Source: Massalongia carnosa (taxonomy: Eukaryota). Taken from it: DNA of 64,000 nt. This document shows positions 60,920 through 64,000 of this stretch, piece after piece. The stretch spans positions 992,001-1,056,000 of the forward strand of contig OZ287078.1 in assembly GCA_965645245.1 (NCBI GenBank). The letters run 5' to 3'. The notes under the pieces were generated by a model. It ran no database searches. It was not told the origin of the DNA and was given only the letters and a program-made list of their open reading frames with translations. Within the stretch, counting starts at the first letter, position 1, and each line of letters begins with the position of its first letter. The translations under genes and the position numbers were made by a program.

Positions 60920-61269
60920 TGTACTTTATGAGGAAGCCCCTTTGGGTGAGCTTATTCGGTTAAGCCACCTGCTCATCGGGAGGTTGTTACTGCTCCTGTA
61001 CGAGTATTCGGCCTCTCTAAGGCTGTAGGGCCTGAACCCGATAAGGCTAGGTAGTCATAGGGCTATAGGGCTTTAACGCGCGTTATAACTATCCGCCAAA
61101 GTGACGTCAGGCACATGCGTTCAGCCTCATCTGTTACTTGCCTTACATTGGCCACAAGAGGGTTGTCCATTGATCAATATATGACCTTGTTCATGGACTC
61201 TTTTCAACCTTCTTGGATATTCTTACGATAACAGAAGCTGTAGCATATCAACAGCATCGCAGCTTCACC

Positions 61270-62275
61270 ATGAATTTCCTTTGCTACATCTACCCCATTG
61301 TTCTTGCCCTGCTGCAGCTCACTGAAGCAGCGCCCAAGAAGGAGAGCATTCTTCTTTCCAACGTTAAAACACTCACGCTACGCAAAGATCTCAAAACGAG
61401 CCACAATCGTGTATCCGCAGTCCCTCAGGTGCTGCCACTTTGATCAATTTAGCCTCAATTCATGGCTGACCGTACGAATACTATAGCTTACATGCATTGG
61501 CGGAAATGCGAAGGGGCTCTACGAGATCGATATAATGCGATGTAAAAACCAAGGCTCCGATTATGAAGAAGAGAATATTCAATGGACATGTACAGCCTCG
61601 CTCCCGCCCGAGTTCAAGCTCGGCTCCACCGATGTGATCTGTGAGGGTTTCGCCTCCTCGAGCGACCCCTATGTGCTGAAAGGAAGCTGTGGCGTGGAGT
61701 ATCGATTAATGCTTACTAATACAGGAGAAGAAAGGTATGGACATAAGTTTGGAAAGGGAGAGTATGGTCACGAAGGTCAAGCTACCTCGAGAGCGTTCGT
61801 CCTTATATTTTGGGGCTTGTTCATTCTGGTGTTATTATATATCATTCTGATTGCGCTTTGGAAATGCGCTGGTGGTTCAAGAGGTATTGGGCCAGCCAGC
61901 ATCACTTTTCCTGGCGGTGGTGGAGGTGGAGGAGATGATGATCCTCCACCACCATATGAGTACCATTCTTCACCTAACGCTTCGAAGACATATTCCACGC
62001 GAACCAGAACCGCTCCCGGCGCAGCGTATGGAGGCTGGAGACCAGGTTTTTGGACCGGAGTTTTGGGCGGTGGCGCGGCGGGCTATATGGCTGGTAGTCG
62101 AACACAAACTCGTCAGCAAGAAAATACAGCCGTTTGGGGGAACAACGGAGAAGGGAGCTCCCGGTCGGGGAGCGGGAGGACGAGGTCGTCTGGATCCTCG
62201 GGAACGTCATCGGCTCCAACTTTCTCGTCAACAAGGCACGAGAGTTCAGGTTTCGGGTCGACAAGCCGGAGGTGA
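61270..62275 (+). CDS. SARAF: SARAF/TMEM66-like protein (DUF1183)
   Basis: Signal peptide, ILLSNVKTLTLR..RVSAVPQ/LTCIGG, MRCKNQG..IQWTCTASLP.EFKLGSTDVICEG..DPYVLKGSCGVEYRL, TM segment, PPPPY, GFWTG, GFGSTSRR*. Confidence 0.93.
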
Positions 62276-62864
62276 AGAGGAGCTATCAGGGTCCTTGTAA
62301 GAGAGGATTCCTTGTATCGTATATGTATATTTTGGTAAGGCTCTCCACACCTAAGTCTTAGGTGTTGCCTATGGCGCTCGATAATATACTTACTTTTTAT
62401 CCTCATCTCCTCTCCGTCTCTCCTTTCCCTGTTTTTACCAGCTGCACCGAATAGAACCTGCTACCGTTTGTTCCCCCATTACGCCAACCCTCTTGTCTCA
62501 AATTCCCCCTTCGGTTCTTCCGCTCCTTTAAAGCCCCATAACTTTACCTTCTGGAGGGAAAAACCCCCCGCCGGTTTAGGTAGGGACGAAGGAGGAGGAT
62601 TTATAGGGGAAGGGGGGAATAAATACCTACACATATAGATAGCGGATTTGAAAGCGGATTAGATTTGGATAGGCTCTTTAAACTAGGTAGCTAGCTTGAA
62701 AACGTGCAGAATGAGCCGCTGAAGTGGGTTTGGGAGATTGATTGGTTTCTGGCTCTTAAGAGTGTGGAGTTTGGCCCGAAAGGCAGCTATAATACCACTC
62801 TACCCGAATATTGTTGCGGAAGCTCATCCGTCGCTAGAAAGGAGACTTGAGGCGGCAGAAGGTA

Positions 62865-64000
62865 TTACGCCACCACGCCTTCCTGACGCGTAGACTCATC
62901 ACCCAGCACCTCTTCCTGCACGCTATTCCTCGTTCCCTTCCTGCTACGCCCTGCCTTCTTCCCCTTCTCCTTGACTTTCTTTCCCTTGGTGCCTTTGGTG
63001 GCCGAACCATCCTGGTTCTCCTTAGCGAAGGAATCATCGCCGACGGCCGCGCCCTCGGCCGCGGCCCCGGCCTCCCGCTGCCGAATTAATTCATCCATGG
63101 CTTCTTTCTCCGCCGCCTGCTCGCGTTCCATACGCATTCGATCCTCCTCCAGCTCGCGCTCCAACGCACGCGGATCGGCGAACACAGTGCCCGAGAGGCG
63201 GGAATACTCGTCCAGATCAACGGGGATGCGTTCGCCCATGAGGATGCGCTTAATGCCCTCCCGATTGAGTTTCTCCTCGCGGCCGAACTTAAGCTTTACC
63301 GAGTGTCGCGTGCGCCCGGGCAGCATCTTGCTGATTATCTCGAAATCGGTGCCGAACATGCGCAGGCCGTCATAGAAGAGCTCTGTGGACTCTTCGTTCC
63401 AACCGCCGCTCTTGTCGCGCTTGCCCCACGTGCTCTGCGTCACGCGCCGCGATAGTTCGCTCTCGTCCACACCCTCGAGCTGTTCGGCAGCGCGCTCTAC
63501 AGCAGCGTTAGCGTGCCGGTCGAGCTGCAGGGTTGTCTCGTCGATTTGGATCTGTCCGTCTACAATGATGGTGTTGGGTACTGCTGGTCCCCCATCCTCG
63601 CCGCCATCCTTCTCCCGCGCAAGCCTTTCCAGCCTCTGATCAGCCGATTCGGTGGCTTGACTGGGGGTTTCTTCTATTCCCATCAGTTCTTGTAGCTGTT
63701 TCTGATTCTTCCGCGTCTGTTCCTCTTCGGCAAGTCTCGCCAGTTCCTTTTCACGCGCAGACTTTTTTCCTGTAGAGATATCTTTGCAAAGTTCCGACAT
63801 CTTGACCTTTGAAGGTATAATTCTTACCTCTTCAGCACCTTCGGGGGTAGGTGCCCGCCGAGTCCTCCGCCGTATAGCTTTCTTTTTATCCGATGTTCCT
63901 TGAACCGCGTCGGCAACCACTTCGGCCGCCGCATTCTCGACTTCCAAGTTTCCTTGTGTCCCACTAGCTTTCTTCCGTGGCATTGTCGGGTTTAAGGCTC
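62865..64000 (-). CDS. BDP1: TFIIIB B'' subunit (Bdp1), 3' part; 5' end probably outside the window
   Basis: KMSELCKDISTGKKS, IVDGQIQIDETTLQLDRH, and SANT/Myb domain WNEESTELFYDGLRMFGTDFEIISKMLPGRTRHSVKLKFGREEK. Confidence 0.9.
   Translation of the reverse strand, partial: ALNPTMPRKKASGTQGNLEVENAAAEVVADAVQGTSDKKKAIRRRTRRAPTPEGAEEVRIIPSKVKMSELCKDISTGKKSAREKELARLAEEEQTRKNQKQLQELMGIEETPSQATESADQRLERLAREKDGGEDGGPAVPNTIIVDGQIQIDETTLQLDRHANAAVERAAEQLEGVDESELSRRVTQSTWGKRDKSGGWNEESTELFYDGLRMFGTDFEIISKMLPGRTRHSVKLKFGREEKLNREGIKRILMGERIPVDLDEYSRLSGTVFADPRALERELEEDRMRMEREQAAEKEAMDELIRQREAGAAAEGAAVGDDSFAKENQDGSATKGTKGKKVKEKGKKAGRSRKGTRNSVQEEVLGDESTRQEGVVA

Overview
Gene-dense, intron-containing DNA from a filamentous ascomycete (Pezizomycotina; GT-AG introns with CTAAC/CTGAC branch points). 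The recognisable housekeeping genes are RPC19/AC19, NDUFA6, calcineurin B, EPL1, RKM4/SETD6, SNF1 beta subunit, KAE1, BUD31, MRPS9, eEF1B-gamma (with an intronic snR38-type C/D snoRNA), AOS1, an RFX factor, YOP1, ATG101, PEX3, PBN1, SARAF and a partial BDP1. Between them lie three hypothetical genes and several accessory-looking elements: an intronless ~1,400-aa SH3 protein, a secreted 8-Cys protein with a long N-x-T repeat stalk, a sterol-glycosyltransferase-like gene broken by one in-frame TAG, and a cryptic spliced orphan/pseudogene. Non-coding oddities include an 18-bp perfect hairpin and a G-rich TTAGGG-dense tract. The most intriguing signals are a probable non-AUG (GUG) start with an overlapping uORF in calcineurin B, the TAG-interrupted glycosyltransferase, and the Cys-knob/mucin protein. 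No prokaryotic features, CRISPR arrays, tRNAs or intact transposons were seen. Family calls are from motif recognition only; no database search was run.
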